Shown: positions 63,454 to 64,000 of the stretch, one piece after another | Position numbering within the stretch: position 1 is the stretch's first letter | Layout of the letters: each line of letters begins with the position of its first letter | DNA from: Octopus vulgaris | Taxonomy: Eukaryota | DNA: 64,000 nucleotides | Reading direction: 5' to 3' | Assembly: GCA_951406725.2 (NCBI GenBank) | Contig: OX597837.1 | Location: forward strand, 38,130,001-38,194,000 | Notes under the pieces: model-generated | Told to the model about the DNA's origin: nothing | Seen by the model: only the letters and a program-made list of their open reading frames with translations | Databases searched by the model: none | Program-made: the position numbers and the translations under genes

Positions 63454-64000
63454 GTAACTTCATCACATACATTTACATACACACGTAAGCACACACGCAG
63501 ATTTATACTCACATATATAAACGCACACATACAAAGCAGCCAACCCATTTACATATTGAATATTTTAATTCAATTTTAAAGTGACCCCTAAAGAGACCTT
63601 TATACCGTCCTTTTTATACAGTAAGTTTAAAATATATATTTTCCAAATATGAGTTGTATGCTGCAAAAGAACATTCAACCAGCTAAAAATAGAGGCTATA
63701 ATCCACCCGAAAAACATACTGTCATCTTAAATAAATGAAGGTGGTTAAGATACAATAAATATGTAGGTATCTCTAGCAATACGAAGTAGCTCGGACTGTG
63801 TCAATCGTGGCACAAGGCTAAACAGTATATCTTACACATTTTGTAGCTGACACGGTTTGGTGTCGTCTGTCACCGACATAATGGCTGCCACTTGTTAGGT
63901 ATATGTATGTCCAGTGACAACTGTGCTTTTCTTTTATTTGTTTTTCATTTAAGGAGGGATCGGGACATTCACTAGCGTCTGGAATCCATCTATCTATCTA

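Overview
This is eukaryotic, AT-rich, largely non-coding DNA saturated with microsatellites ((TA)n, (CA)n, (TCTA)n, (TATG)n, (TAA)n, (GAT)n, (GAA)n). The SINE families and repeat landscape suggest a coleoid cephalopod, most likely Octopus (inference). I cannot support any intact host protein-coding gene, and almost every entry in the ORF track is a microsatellite artefact. Real content: (1) four 5'-truncated copies of a Tx1/L1-type LINE tied to (TCTA)n tracts, one keeping an open ORF2 C-terminus with a zinc-knuckle motif; (2) many Penelope-like relics, including a decayed RT at ~22.1-23.6 kb and several short (TA)n-embedded termini or fold-back palindromes carrying minimal hammerhead-ribozyme motifs, best at 8668-8710; (3) a 5S rRNA copy fused to the 3' tail used by the local tRNA-SINEs (SINE3-like chimera); (4) at least four tRNA-derived SINE families; (5) a mariner relic split into opposite-facing halves by a ~1.7 kb inversion bounded by ~90-bp inverted repeats; (6) a Tc1/mariner deletion derivative, a Helitron-like head and a possible solo LTR; (7) 35-bp and 36-bp minisatellites; (8) a few unique islands with regulatory-looking motifs, notably a CRE-TATA-Inr arrangement at ~20.0 kb. 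All calls were made by eye and boundaries are approximate.
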